Source: Malacoraja senta
Taxonomy: Eukaryota
Direction of reading: 5' to 3'
Assembly (NCBI GenBank): GCA_038087875.1
Contig: JAXLNO010005673.1
Span: 1-64,000, forward strand
Length of the DNA stretch: 64,000 nt
The notes under the pieces are model-generated. The model did no database searches. It saw nothing but the letters and a program-made list of their open reading frames with translations, and was not told where the DNA came from. Below are positions 35,591 through 49,237 of this stretch, piece by piece. How positions within the stretch are numbered: the stretch's first letter is position 1; every line of letters begins with the position of its first letter. A program made the translations under genes and the position numbers.

Positions 35591-36571
35591 AGACAAGATT
35601 GAAAGGTGAAAAATCTTCTGCAAAACAATGTTTTAGCAGAATCTTTCTAAGGTGTTTTGCCATGAAGAATTTGTATCTTGTCACCAATGTCCAGAAGTTC
35701 CAGGAAATGTTCCATCAGTTAACTTTGATTTCAGCAGCAGTGAAATCCCAAGGAAAGAGCCTTTGTAGTTGCCTTGTGCCATTTTCCAGGGTTTCTACCA
35801 AAGGTGCAGCAACAAAGCAGGAGAAATTCAAGGAACATTACAGGCGAAAATGCATTAGATGCATTAATTATTTGCTATCACATCATTATATGTTTCCTTT
35901 GCCTTGTTATGTTGAGCATTTTGTTAGTTTACTCAAAATCAAAGGAAGGTGGTGATCATATTCCAGAGCTATCATGCTTAAACTACAGACCTATTATAAG
36001 CAATAGTGTAAATACTCCTATTGTTGCTCTGAAATGGTTGCTCAATGGTTCAATTCAATGGTACTTTATTGTCACCTGTACCGAGGTACAGTGAAATTCA
36101 TTTTTGTGCACAGTTCAGTACAAGCATCACTATACACAAGCACTTAGATACATTAGAAAGGCTTAAAGAAATACATTTAATCTTATATTTCTAGTTTTAC
36201 ACTTAGGTTAAACTAATTTGAGGAATAATTTAATTTGTATTCTGATAAGAATAAATTCTGGCTACATCTCCTGTGTACACCAATAGATGTTGAAAAGTCA
36301 CACTCATTCATAAAGACGAGGTTGGAAGGAAGCCTTTGAAATCAGAATTGAAAGGCTGCAGAAGTCCTGACGTCTGTCTTGATGCAGGGTTTCAACTTGA
36401 AACAGCAACAAATTCCGTTCTCCCACGGACACTGCTCGACCTGTAGGAGTTCCTCCTGCAGATTTTTCATCCTGGAACCGTCTAATTGCAAGAGTCAGTA
36501 ATGTCGAGAGAAAAAAGGTAAACTTACACCAGGATAACTGCAAACACTTCCGCCTTCTTTAGATTTTAGAC

Positions 36572-36858
36572 TTTAGACTTTAGAGAGACAGTGAAGAAAC
36601 AGGCCCTCCAGCTCACCGAGTCTGCGCAGACCAGCAATCGCCCATACACTCACACTATCCTACATAGGTTTTGTTTACAACTTACCAAAGCTGATTAAGC
36701 AACAAACTTGCACATCTTTGGTGTATGAGAGGAACCCGCAGCACCTGGAGAAAACCCACGAGGTCACAGCGACAAAGTCCGTACAGCCTGCACCCGTGGT
36801 CAGAATCAAACCCAGGTCTCTGGTGCTAAAAGGCAGCAACATTACCACTGTGCCACCC
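36572..36858 (-). mobile_element. V-type tRNA SINE
   Basis: Reverse complement of head gggtggcacagtggtaatgttgctgcc, V-domain and tail. Confidence 0.78.
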
Positions 36859-36919
36859 TACATTTTATCATTTGGTTACGATGATTACTGGTAGAAAGGA
36901 TCAAAATATTGTTTTTATA

Positions 36920-37139
36920 TCCACGACTTACAGCCAATTTTTGGTCGCAGAAAATGTTTCAACATGTTGAAAAATTTGTGGCGACCATACTGAGGCCGCG
37001 ACTAGTTCCCAGAATGCGGGAACTCCTCGCGAACATGAAGGAGGCTCACCAGAGACCACCAGCGAGCATGTGGCGATCATAAGGCATGCACAGAGTCTCC
37101 TGCACTTGCCTAAAAAGTCGCCTAAGTGGGACAGGCCCT
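36920..37139. mobile_element. One-ended Harbinger-type MITE fragment
   Basis: Ends in gtcgcctaagtgggacaggccct|taa; the other TIR is missing. Confidence 0.6.
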
Positions 37140-37170
37140 TAACAGTTGACCCATTGGTAGTGACTTATAT

Positions 37171-37313
37171 ACAAATATAAAATAATGTAAATTCTTGGTC
37201 GGCTGCAGTTGCTACTCTAAACTGCTACTCTAAAGTTGCTACTCTAAACTGCTACTCTAAAGTTGCTACTCTAAACTGCAGCCAACCAAGAATTTACATT
37301 ATTTTATATTTGT
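37171..37313. repeat. 143-bp foldback: 40-bp inverted arms around 5 copies of TGCTACTCTAAA
   Basis: 37171-37210 and 37274-37313 are reverse complements with one mismatch. Confidence 0.9.
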
Positions 37314-37506
37314 TAATGAAGCACATTTCAGAATAAAGAAGTGGAGAAGGAATGCTTTCAAACCTATTGCAATTGTTTGCAAATCTCTTGTCAGACAACG
37401 TTTGAAACCATATGGCAAAGTGATTTTTTACAAAAAAGACAAAAAGTGCTGGAATAACAGAGTGGGTCAGGCAGCATTTCTGGAGCACATGGAAATGTGT
37501 CTATCT

Positions 37507-39267
37507 CAGTGCCGGATTTAGATGAAGAGAGGCCCTAGGCTATTCCACTTGTGAGGTCCCTCCCAATCCCCCACCCCCACATTGAATTTAACGTTTGCCC
37601 TCGCTTTCTTGTTAAGTAGGTCAACATGGCATTCCTGTGCTTCTTTGAGTTTTCATGAGTTTGTAAAAGCAGGGGTTTTGCCAATCATCAAACCCTTCAG
37701 AAGCTAAAGATGTAGCAGAAGATGCAATGTTTGGAAAGAGTTTACAAACAAAGCAATATATCCGGCCTTTAGAGGGAGAATATACAAGCCACTCTCGGCT
37801 ATATGTTTCTCCATTGACTTTTGTTGAATAAAAAAAAGCTTTTGTGCAAAACCTAGACTGCTTTTTATGCACGCGCTTGGAATTTGAAAATGGTCCACAA
37901 TGATGCTGAACTTGAGAGGGCCCCCTTTCTATCCAATAGGATACGTCCTCATGTGATAATTCTGTCCACAAACCAACGTCTGTTACAGTAGATCTATGTT
38001 TGGCATCATCTATATCCGAGTCTGGAATACCTTGGACTTGGCCTACCTTACAGATGTGAGCTGAAAATTCTGACTAACCACATTATTTTCTGGTCGCTCT
38101 TTAGCCTCTCCCTGTCCATTAAGTGACTCCTGAATTAGTTCTATATTTTCATTTTGAGCCGGCATCATGGCTGCTTTCTCATATTCAGCTTGCTGTTCGA
38201 CATCCTGCTTCGCTGTTTCTGCTTCAGGAAGGTTTTCATCTGGTTGAATGCTAGTAGTTGGCTGGATAGCTCTACCACACTGATTTCCTTGTGTTAGTAT
38301 CAATGTATCTGCTTCACCGCTGGCACTTGTTGCCTCTGTCAGTGGCTGATCCAAGAAAGCAGTGATTGGTCTTAACTTCTTTACCGTATTATTTTCAAGT
38401 CTCTTTCTCTTGCGCTTGCTAGCACCACGTTTAGATCTTTTACTCGTGCTCAGATTAGAATCTGAAAATAAAAAGTAAAATTAATCTTCAACTGTTATTA
38501 GGAAGTAAAACATGAAGGGGCGTTCTCACAAAATGGGATCCACTTGAGTGAAGAATTTTTTTTTTTTCTGTATAATATTTGGGAAATATTTCCTAAACAA
38601 TTGTTCCTTATTGACAATTATATTGCAAAATCTGAATCAAATCTGAATCAAATCTGCTTCCAAAAATCGTTTATAAAACGAGTATGCTTTTTCCTATCGT
38701 TAACAAAGATGCTACAAATAAGCTTAGTTTTATTACAAACTTGCCACTGTGGCAGCCACAACACTACACAGTAGGTTTCTAGCAATGATTATCAGCTCCA
38801 CCCCTAGCATTAATCCTTGCCAACTTCCGAGTTCAAATATCTTTGCACTTTCCTACTTACCCCAGAGTTTTGACTTTTGAAGCCTGCAAGTATCCAAAGA
38901 TGTTCCCTGCACCCGCCATTGCTGCTTACTGGAGCAAGTGTGAAAGTTTGCCAGAGCCCGGTGCCACCAGGTTGACACCGATGTGCAGCCGAGCATGGCC
39001 AATGAGATAAGGGGCTGGAAAGCAGCACTTTTTTGGGGGGATTCATTTATTGCTAGTGTCGAGTTATCGGCTTAAAACAGTATTATTCTGAAATGGAGGG
39101 CAATGAAAATTACTGAAGGGTTGTTTAGAGACTACAGTGCATTGTGACAGCATATGTAAGAAAGGCCTATGACAGTGTCAAAAATATTATACACCTTGGC
39201 CGGAGGCCCCCTAGATTTTGAGGCCCTAGGCTTCAGTCTGTCAAGCCTATAGGTACATCCGGCACTG
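37507..39267 (-). mobile_element. Internally deleted hAT transposon (Tip100/ZMYM1-like, TTF-type zinc finger)
   Basis: TIR cagtgccggat / atccggcactg; 8-bp TSD gtctatct / gtctacct; ORF 37621..37971 NGETYSREWLVYSPSKGRIYCFVCKLF..GFDDW. The catalytic region is absent. Confidence 0.9.
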
Positions 39268-41616
39268 GTCTACCTGTCATCGTGTTCACATTAGGATCCC
39301 ACGCTGTGTAGAGGAAATACTATTTCTGTAAAATGACAGCAGTAGAGTAACAATATTTCATGAGTCTAAGTTAATGGATACATCAGTGAGGAATTTTGCA
39401 TTGTTGAACTTGAAACTTTGACCTCTGCTGGCACTTGCTGTCCACCATAATATATTCCAGTTGAGATGTCTCTATTATTCAAGTAATTGCAAATGATAGT
39501 AACAACAGTCTGCATTTGAAAATAAGTCCTTGACCTCAGGTCAAACGTAAGCACCAGTCCCAAGTGATCCACTGATAAAATGCTGTTTACTTCAAGTAAG
39601 CATTTTGTATCTCAGTTCAAAGACTTTCTACGCTTACAATACAAACACAATGAATTATATAACATTGCCTGAAGTCGCAACAGGGATTTGAGTGATTTGA
39701 ATACTCCTCTCATTGTACATTACACATGATATATAACCATGGCATTTTGGACTTCTAATAACAGTTTAAAAAAATCCTGAAACCAATTTTCCTCTTCCGA
39801 AATGTAATTAACTCATAGTGAGTTTGACGTACTACATTTAGCTTGGTTAATGGATCACCACAGTCTTTTTAATAAACATTTCTGCACTGATTGAAATGTA
39901 ATTTGCATGGGAACTTGATAGTCAGAATTGAACCAATTTAGGAACGAATTTTGAGAACGTAGGGTAAACAATTGAATATGATTAAAGTTGATTTTTGAAT
40001 GTTGAAAGGTCAATGGTTGTTCCCCCACCCCCTCAACAGAGATTGACGGTTTAAATAGTTTGCCAAAAATACATTTTGCGATTTTTTTGCTTTTAAAATG
40101 TTTAATTTTGTTATCAGCATCCTTGAACCCACTGCATTGTGTAACCAAGGCAACTGAGCTTTTCACAAGGGGAAGTGAATTGAAGGATTTTGTGGGAAGT
40201 GAAGGGTGATCAACTGTCTCTAATGGAATACAGGTCTGTTGAGAAAAAGGATGAGATGATGACACATGGCAACTGGCAGTTTACAGCATTTACACATCAT
40301 CAGACACAAACTTGAGAAATCCGATCAGAATTATGTCATATGTACCCTTGATCAGTTAAATCCGAACAATCAAATGCACCAACAGATTTCAGATATTACT
40401 GGAAAATAATGGCAACAACTTTCAACTTATGCACCCTTCAAGAATGTTTTAATGATATTAAAGTTGCTATATAAATGCAAATTGTTGTTAAAAATAAAGA
40501 CAAAGCATATATGAAGCATTTAACAAAAATATCCAGCTAATAATAAAATAAACCTCCCCATTAATGTATTATTAGGTCTATGCATCATTGACTGCACTCA
40601 TCCCAGATAACAAGTTTACAATCTTTTTAATTTTTTCCCTTTGCAGTCTGTTGACCAGTGGACAAATATTACATGTTGGACTCTCCACAAAGGAATTTTA
40701 AAAACTGAATCTGCAGTTGTCCCCCCCGTCAAAAATGTTGAAGCAATGGAAGATGATGCTGGGACCAGGGCAATCGTGCCTTAAGTTCTGTTTATATTGT
40801 CATGTGTACCGAGGTACAATGAAAATCCAAACAGATCAGATATACTATACATTTATACAATCACTTCAAAGTCAAGAACAATAGAGCAAAGGGGAAGATA
40901 CAGAGTGCATTGAACTAAATTTGAAGTAAAGCCAAAAGTAGTGTAAGAAGAATTATCCAAATCTTTTGTCATTGTAAACAGTTTATTTTAATAGTATCGA
41001 TGGCTTTTCTTTGGTATCTCAATAAACCTGGTTCTTTCTCTCTTTGACTAATCGTAACTGGTTTCCCACAGAAACTCAACTCACAAATTTTCAGTTTCGC
41101 TTTGTGGATCAAACATACTTGAGTCAGGTCCATCCAAATATTTGGTACCTTCGAAACAGATCCGAAAAAGTCTTGTCGATTTTCCACAGGGAAAATCAAA
41201 ATTATGTATTTGGGCTGTGGGGAACTTTATATGAGGGTTTAAGACAAACCGATAGTGTATTCACATCATGATGCTTCACCTGATCTACATGCAATATTTA
41301 TGATATTTAGCTTGTTTTAATAATGAACTAAGCATGGGACACACACATCATTCCTATGATGCTCTGCAATATTTTATTACATTTTGGCAAGGTGATGATG
41401 GATCTAATTTTGAAATGAAATGAATAAACCTGATTGCAAAACAATTAACTCAAAAGAAAATTTCAGCAATGTACCTCAAGTCAACTCAATTTACGTTAAG
41501 TGTGTGGTTTTCATTCATTTGTTCTATATCTATCTATATCACAGTGTATAACTCTTGTTTCCCTTTCCCCTGATTCTTAGACTGAAGAAGGGTCTCGACC
41601 CAAAATGTCATCTATT

Positions 41617-42095
41617 AGAAATAGAAAAAACATAGAAACATAGAAAATTAGGTGCAGGAGTAGGCCATTCAGCCCATCGAGCAAGCACTGCCATTCAATA
41701 TGATCATGGCTGATCATATAAAATCAGTGCCTCGTTCCCGCTTTTGCCCCCATATCCCTTGTTTCCTTTAGCCCCAAGAGTTAAATCTAACTCTCACTCA
41801 AAAACATCAAGTGAATTGGCCTCCACTGCCTTCTGTGGCAGAGAATTCCACAGATTCACAAATCTCTGGGTGAAAAAGTTTTTCCTCATCTCAGTCCTAA
41901 ATGGCCTACCCCTTATTCTTAAACTGTGACCCCTGGTTCTGCACTCCCCCAACATCGGGAATTTTTTCCTGCATCTACCCTGTCCAATCCTTTAAGAATT
42001 GTATATGTTTCTATAAGATCCCCTCTCATCCTTCTAAATTCCAGTGAATACTAGCCCAGTTGACCCATTCTTTCATCATATATCAGTCCCACCAT
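41617..42095 (-). mobile_element. CR1 3' fragment inserted into a Penelope-type repeat
   Basis: (catagaaa)n tail at the left and CR1 ORF2 end. The host repeat ctgaagaagggtctcgaccc (41582) resumes as ccttttctccagagatgccgcc (about 42096). Confidence 0.8.
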
Positions 42096-42189
42096 CCTTT
42101 TCTCCAGAGATGCCGCCTGACCCGCTGAGTTACTCTAGCTCTTGGTGTCTATCATCAAGTTAACTTTAAGTTGAGTTTACCATCATGGG

Positions 42190-42640
42190 CATAAACATGG
42201 TGAAGTACAGTCACAATGACAATCTTGCAAGGAGCAGCTGGACAGATACATAGACTCAGCCAAACACACAAAAATAAATTATACATAAACCACACATAAA
42301 TTCTGCAAGAGAGTAAAGAGAAAAAAAAGCAAAGACATTAGTGCAAACCACAATCGGAAAACATGTCCATGGTGGGTCAAGAGGGGGATTCCAACCATGC
42401 GGGCAGCTTCAACAATCTGATTGTTGTAGGAAAGTAACTGTTCCTGAGCCTGGCGGTGTGGGATTTCAGATTTCTGTACCTCCTGCCTTGTAGTAGCAGT
42501 GAACAGAGGACAGATGTTGGCAGATGTTACCTTCTTGAGGCAACGAGCCATGTAGCTGCTTTCAGTGGTGCGAAGGACTGTGTCCATGATGGACCTGACT
42601 TACTTCAACACACTCTGTAGCCTCTTGCATTCTTGTGCGT
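42190..42640 (-). mobile_element. Rex1/Babar LINE 3' fragment
   Basis: ORF 42279..42587 (RCLKKVTSA..) and sequence resembling GRRYR.L....RL.NSF. Confidence 0.5.
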
Positions 42641-45600
42641 CAGAACTGATATGAAAAATAGATATGAAAGAAATCTCATCAATTTTCAAGGTGGAAATTT
42701 AAAACTAGATCTCCTTTGGGCTATCAAGAAACTTCTTTTGGGGCTTAAGAAAAACTAAGAGAGTAAAGAACCTTCTTATACTAAACCTAACCTACAGGCA
42801 AATCTTCAGATTTCTATGTTGTTTCATTGCTGAATTATGTGTTGGACAAACAGACATCATATCTCTATTTTCTCCAGTAATTTTCCTGTCACTGACTGAT
42901 GGTTCACCAGCCTGAATCTCTGCTGTTCTTCTTATGATGAATACAGCAGTGTTCTCACCTTTAGATGTTGCTCTGATCCCTGTCACTGGCTGACTGACCA
43001 GGAGAGGCCAATCCCCAGCATTATTAGTAAGAGCTGGGTCCAATTAGCTGATATTGGGTGGCACTTGAACCTTGTCAGCCTACGCCCGCTAAATCCCAGT
43101 CATTCCAAGGAGGAGGGAGGAGGGATGAAGGAGGGAGGAGGGAGAGAAAGTGAGAGGGGAGAGAACGTGAGAGGGGATAAAAAGTGAGAGCTCAATGACA
43201 ATAAATTGCACTGAAAAGTGCAATGACAATAAATTGAATCAAAATCAAAAAAAAAAAATCAAAAAAAATCAAGATCATGTGATGCCTCCCTGCTAGCTGT
43301 GTTCCTCTGTCACAAGTTCGAGGAAGTCTGAGTTACTGGGACAAACGCAAGACTACCAGCACCACTGTGTGGTTAAGGCTGCCAGGAAGGAGCCCTAGAC
43401 GGCCAGTGCCTCTACCTGAGTCTAAGACTGAGTGGCCGGTGCAAGCCTGAGACCCTAGTGCCTCTTTCTGCCCACGGACAATGAGGGTCTGTGCCCGCAC
43501 ACAGAGGCAAAGACTGAGCTGCCAGGCCAATCCAGAGACTGCCAGCATTGCTTCTTCAAACCCGAAGCTGAGCCAGCAGGATGACACCTGAGATTGCCAT
43601 GCCTCCTCCTTTGAAGAGCTGGACTGAGATGCCGGGATAACCCCGAGATTGCCAGCATCATCGCACATGCGCTCTGATGGTGAGGGACAGCACCCCTGGG
43701 TGGCCCTGGACTTTGTTACCACTATAAACTGATTAGTACGGGTGTCAGGGATTATGGGGAGAAGGCCGGAGAATGGGGTTGAGAGGGAAATATAGATCAG
43801 CCATGATTGAATGGTGGTTGACTTGATGGGCCGAATGGACTAATTCTGCTCCTAGAACTAAAACCCCAAAATAAACTATATATCGCATGATTTCACCCTA
43901 GTATAAGTGCTGCTGTATTCATTGCCGAACCTGGCGAAAACCCCCAATGCCACAACATTAGCCTCCCTCTGACATCAGGCCTGTGGCTCATAATGATCTG
44001 CAATGCTTTCTAATAACATTCGCAAGGCCATTAAAGTAAAGTTTTCAAAAAAAATTCCATTCAAAATTCGAAAGCCCTCTAGACACAAGGGAGGGGAAAG
44101 TCTGAATTGTCAGGGCATGAAATAGTTGTAAGAACACTCCAGGAATATGCCCAGTTAGCAATTGGAAACCAATGCAGATGAAAATTCTATTCCCATACAC
44201 TAAAATTCAAAGGCCTTTTGGCTCTTTCATGAGCTTTGCCGGGTGCCTGCCTCACTTACTTTGCTGCTGCCTTTAAGTCAGAGTCGGAAGAGATTCCTCC
44301 TTGCCTTCTTGTGCTCAACAGGGCAAATTAGGAATGGTGTGAGCCTTGGTAAATTAGACTCAACAGAAAGATCAAATGCTGAGGATTTCATCACATCAAA
44401 CTGCTCCAGGACTGCTCCTGCCAATGCATGATTAATAATGAATGCCCGGAGCTCTCTTCAGCTGCAAAGTCAAATGAAAAATGAACAATTTTATTCAGGT
44501 CAATGAGGGCTGTAGTTACTGCTTCTGCCAAACTGCATGCTTCTACTTCTTGCACTACCTGAATCCCGTGAGTTTACTGAAGGGGAAGGTTTTGACTATT
44601 AATTATGGAAACCTTTCAAGAATTCAAGGTCCAGTTTTTGAAGATATTTTTGTAGACTGATCAGAATATAAGTGGAGCCATTTTTTTCTTTTGGTGTTGT
44701 CCTATGTTGTATTAACACCAAATCGGGCTGTTGTAACATCGTGAAGTTGGGCAGAAGGTCAGATATTTGAACAATGAGTTATGAAGCTGCCCATTAAGAA
44801 CTCCCCAGTACAAGTCTGGTGTTTCTTTTAAAAAAGAACAATAAAACACCACAATGCGCACTTGCTATATTCCATGCAATCTGTACCTTTGAGCTCCATT
44901 GTACATCTGTGAGAGTGGAAATGGTGTTTGCAGGAATAGTAAAATCATTTGGCGTACATCCCATAACAGGAACATGCCATACAGTCATACAGCGTGGAAA
45001 CAGGCCCTTTGGCCTACAATATCCAGACATAATCATTCTTCTAATTCCTGTGGACTTATTGGGGGTCAACCAACAAGGTGATCATCACTTCCTTGTACCT
45101 CAACTCCACCCATAGGGCCTCACTAGACAAACTGTCCGTAATGTCACCTGTGACCTCTGCCGTGACATCCTCCTTAACCAATAACGCAATTCCCCATCAC
45201 CAGAAAATGATTGCCGTGTACTCTGGATTGAATTAATATCTGCACAAATTGCACGTAAAATACAAATGTTCTACCAATTTTAAAGATCGCAATTTTTTTT
45301 TTATGCTGAAATTTATAAAATCAATGTATATTTAAATAGAAATTTAAAAAAAGTAGAAATCATACAGAAGGAGATTATTGTGCAAGATAGCAAGGTTTTT
45401 CCTACAGAGTGAAATGGCAACAATTAATTAGTCCCTGTCGTCAGGTAGGTGCACAGTGGGATCTGAGGGGAGAAGAAGGAGCATTGGGAGAATAGGTTAC
45501 AGGAAAACTTAATAGAAGAATGGGATTGATCTGTGAACCGGCAGAGAACCAATGAGCTAAAGATGCTTATTCTATATCGTAAATAGATAAGGAAATTCAG

Positions 45601-45662
45601 TAATATGCCCTCTGGGAACTATGATTTGAATGTCAATATAAAATGGATAGTTGTCATCCAAT

Positions 45663-45985
45663 GGGAAACACAGTGGTACATCTGGTGGAGCTGTTGCCTC
45701 ACAGCACCAGAGATTCTGTTTCAAACCTGACCTCAGGTGCTGTTTGTGTGGAGTTCACACGTTCACACAGTGACCGCATGGGTTTCTTCCGGGTGCTCGG
45801 GTTTCCTCCCACATCCCAAAGATGTGCGGGTTTGTAGGTTAAATGGCCACTGTAAATTGCTCCTGGTGTGAAGGGAGTGGATGTGAAAGTGGGAAAACAT
45901 AGAAGTAGTGTGAACGGGTGATTGATGATCACCGTGGATTCGGTGGGCCGAAGGGTTTGATTCCATGCTGTATCTTTCAATCAAT
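45663..45985 (+). mobile_element. Diverged V-type tRNA SINE
   Basis: V-domain tgggtttcttccgggtgctcgggtttcctcccacatcccaaag; tail gtgggccgaagg with (tcaa)n. Confidence 0.78.
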
Positions 45986-46394
45986 AAACAAAAAAATGGA
46001 CATTATTTTTATTATTGTTTGAAAGGTCCATTTCACGGGCGTTTTTTTTCCCAATTTGCTTTTTGTAATGTGAACATCACAAGCCGACAATGTTTGTTTC
46101 CCATCCCTAAATGAGAACAAGGTGCTACGATGTTTTCAGGAACTGCTACAGTTCTGTTGCTGCAGGTACTCAGCAGTATGGGTGAGAAGAACATTCTTGG
46201 GCTTATCAGTGATGAGGGAATGATAATATATTTCCATGGCAGCAGAGTATGTGACTTGGAGGGGGGGGGGGGGGGGGGGCTGCAGCTGGTGGCGTCCCCC
46301 TGTGCCTGCTACCCTGCTTCTTTTTGGTATCAGAGCCAGTGTGGGAAATGCAATGCATTTTGTAGGTGGTAGACAATGGAGCCTCAGTAGGACA

Positions 46395-46560
46395 CACAGT
46401 ACTGTAGTAATTCAGTGAGTCAGGCAGCATCTCTGGAGGACATGGATAGGCAATGTTTCTGGTTGGGAACTTTCCTCAGACTGGTGCCTGACCCACTGAG
46501 TTACACCAGTTCTTTGTGTCCTTTTGTGTAAACTGGCATCCACAGTTCCTTGTCTCTACA
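46395..46560. mobile_element. Degenerate inverted Penelope-type repeat pair
   Basis: gcagcatctctggaggacatggatagg..gtttctggttgggaactttcctcagact followed by tgcctgacccactgagttac; acaatggagcctca flanks both sides. Confidence 0.6.
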
Positions 46561-48091
46561 ATGGAGCCTCAAACTTAGCTTCTCTTGCTGTGTGTTCATT
46601 TGGTTGACTGTCCAAGAGTTGTTTGTAGAAACACCGAGGATGGTTGCTTTGTTATGTCTCCAAGTCCTACTATCATTCACATAAATACAGGTCAGTGTGC
46701 ATCAGCTTCATTTGAAGTGCAAATTGTAGACTGCACCTGGGAAAAATAAAGACCATTGAACCCAAGAAGGTCTAAAGGAAGGGATGATTTTTTTCCTGTA
46801 ATCTTTAGATCAAGTGCAGTGATACACTTGATGAGCCTTCCTGGATGCTAAGGACTGCACTATAAATAGTAAATAGTGAACTTCCTGACAAGCTATTAAA
46901 GGAACAAGCTCTGTAGTGAGGTCAATTAGTTTAGATGATTGCACCTAAGATTTAGTGGTTCTCCTGTGAGAGGAGAAAATTGAGTGTGAAATGAAATTGG
47001 AACAGTTGACAAATAAATGGGATCATAAAGCTAAAACTGTAACCATTCCAAAAACAAGATGAAGTCAGCATTAAATTGTTGTTTCTACGGATGGTGAGAA
47101 AATCTAGCCATGAATTTAAAAGTGACGTGTTGCCATCAATTTCTAGAAGTGGTGATCATCTCGGATTTGTTATGTGCTGGCAATGCTTGATTGATTGGGA
47201 AATCCAAGTAAAAGCCAATTGCAAGGAAGGTTTTCTTCTAATGTCCAAACAATTGTATCCAAAACATCGCTTGACTTCTTAGAGACGTCCGATTTGCAAT
47301 TGTTGGCTTGTAACAGTTGTTGGAGGGAAGGGTTCAGTGAGAAGTTAAAAAAAGATAATGGCTGTAACCTTGCTAAAAGAAAAGAAATCTTTGGGGAAAA
47401 TGTGACACGCATAGTAAGGCAGAGATGTGTTTTAAGGAGTTTCTATGTGGAGGTGTATAGTGAAACCATAAGACCATAAGACTAGAATTAGGCCATTCTG
47501 TCCATTGAGACTGCCCCACTGTTGGATCATAGCTGATGTATTTTTCCCTCTCAACCCCTTTCTTCTGCCTTCTCCCTGAAACCAGTGATGCCCATTGAGA
47601 TTATGAGAAATTCATGGACAAAGTGAAAGGTAGCTGTTATTCTGTTGAAAAGGTAGAGGATCCATACTCTACCTGAGTTATTGTTCCTGAGAAAATAGAT
47701 ACTTTGAGTGGAAAGGATTCTCTGTAACTTCCTTCAATCCCGCAAAGCTCCAAAACATTGTTGCGTCGGTAATTCTGGCCCTTTGTATACCCCATACATA
47801 GATTAGCAATTAGCAGTTATATGTTCAGCCTCATTCTACTGAGATTACTCGCCCTTACGTTCAAAACACATTCAGGCAACAACTTGACTAAGTCTTAATT
47901 ATCTATTCCTAAATGTGTTCAACCATATTGTCGTAGTTATTCATAATCTAAAATATGGTGACTTTGACAATTTGAAGACTATTGATAAAATTCCTCTTTT
48001 CTCCTAATAACTAATTAATGACAGACAATTATTAATTTTTTTCTAATATTAACATTTCTGAAATGGGAACTAAAATGAAATAAGATTCACC

Positions 48092-48785
48092 AGGGGCTCC
48101 GCATGATTGGCAGCCCTGCCAACAGTCTGTTTGTTTTTAACGTCTTTTAAACATTTTTTAGTGTGTGTTAAAAATTGGTGTAAATGGTCTCCAGTTTGTT
48201 TTATGTGGGGGGAGGGGGAGGGGTCGGGGGAAACTTTTTTTTCAGCTTCTTACCTTGCCGGATATGTAATTAATTTTCGGATTGGATTCTCCGGTCGCTC
48301 TGCAGCCTACCATCGATGGAGCTGGAGGCCTCCTTGGACTGACCTTGGGCCCCACCGCAGGGCATGGACTTACATCGGAGCCGATCCCTTGCCTGGGATC
48401 GCTCCAACCGTGGCCTACGGACTTTACATCGGGAGCTCGCAGTCTCGGGAGAGGCCGTGGATGTCGGGTGCTCCATCGTCACGGAAGGTTCGACCAGCCC
48501 TGATGCGGGGCTTGACGCGGAGGGCCAAAACGCCGCCGGCTACGGTAGTCAAGATCGTCCCGTCAACGGAGGGCTCGAAGCCCCTGAGAGCAAAGGGAAA
48601 AGATTGAACTATTTTTCGCCTTCCATCACAGTGAGGAATGTGGAGGAGTCACTGTGATGGATGTTTATGCTAAAATGTGTTTTGTGTGTTCCGTTGGTTA
48701 TTATTTGTATGACTGACTTGGCAAATGAAATTCCTCACATGTTGCAAAACATACTTGGCTAATAACGTATTATTGTGATTGTGAG
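48092..48785 (+). mobile_element. Unclassified GC/CpG-rich non-coding insertion with LINE-like tail
   Basis: Sharp rise in GC and CpG relative to the flanks; ends in gttgcaaaacatacttggctaataacgtattattgtgattgtga. Confidence 0.45.
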
Positions 48786-48849
48786 ATGAAGTGTTAATGG
48801 TATATCAGACCCAGATTTTTTGTTGACATCAGGAAGAAAAGATATGTAG

Positions 48850-49237
48850 ATATGCTCAGTTGTGGTCAGAAAAGACAGTGTTAAGCTGGAAAGGATGCAG
48901 AGATTTACAAGGGTGTTGCCAGGCTTCAAGGGGCTGAGCTTGAGAGGTTGAGAGCGAGATGTTGAGCAGGCTAGAACTTTAATCCTTGGAGTGCAGGAGG
49001 ATGATGGGTGACTTTATAGAGGTATAAGATTATGATAGGAATAGATAGCGTAAATGCACAGTGTTTTACCCAGTGTAGGGGAACCAAGAAACAGAGGACA
49101 TAGGTTCAAGGTGACGGAGAAAGATTTAATAGGAACCTAAAGGGCAACATTTTTACACAAGGGGTGGTGGGTTTATGGAATGAGCTGCCAGAGCAGATAT
49201 TTGAGGCAGGTACTATCAAAACGTTTAAAACATGGAT
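48850..49237 (+). mobile_element. CR1 3' fragment, continued at about 52265-52385 after a nested CR1
   Basis: gatttacaagggtgttgccagg, ttttacacaaggggtggtgggtttatggaatgagctgcc; resumes with atggacaggatagatttag..gccaaagggcttgtttcc. Confidence 0.75.

Noticed and set aside
43333-43722. 129-aa minus-strand ORF in a GC-richer patch
   Set aside because: No motif or splice support; could not be assigned to a gene or a repeat family.
48093-48125. Another HDV-like ribozyme (GGGGCT...AGCCCTG)
   Set aside because: Only 13 nt separate the P1 strands, too few for P2, P3 and L3, and no J4/2-P2 follows.
48107-48607. 166-aa ORF
   Set aside because: It lies in a GC-rich insertion with overlapping ORFs in several frames and no protein motif.
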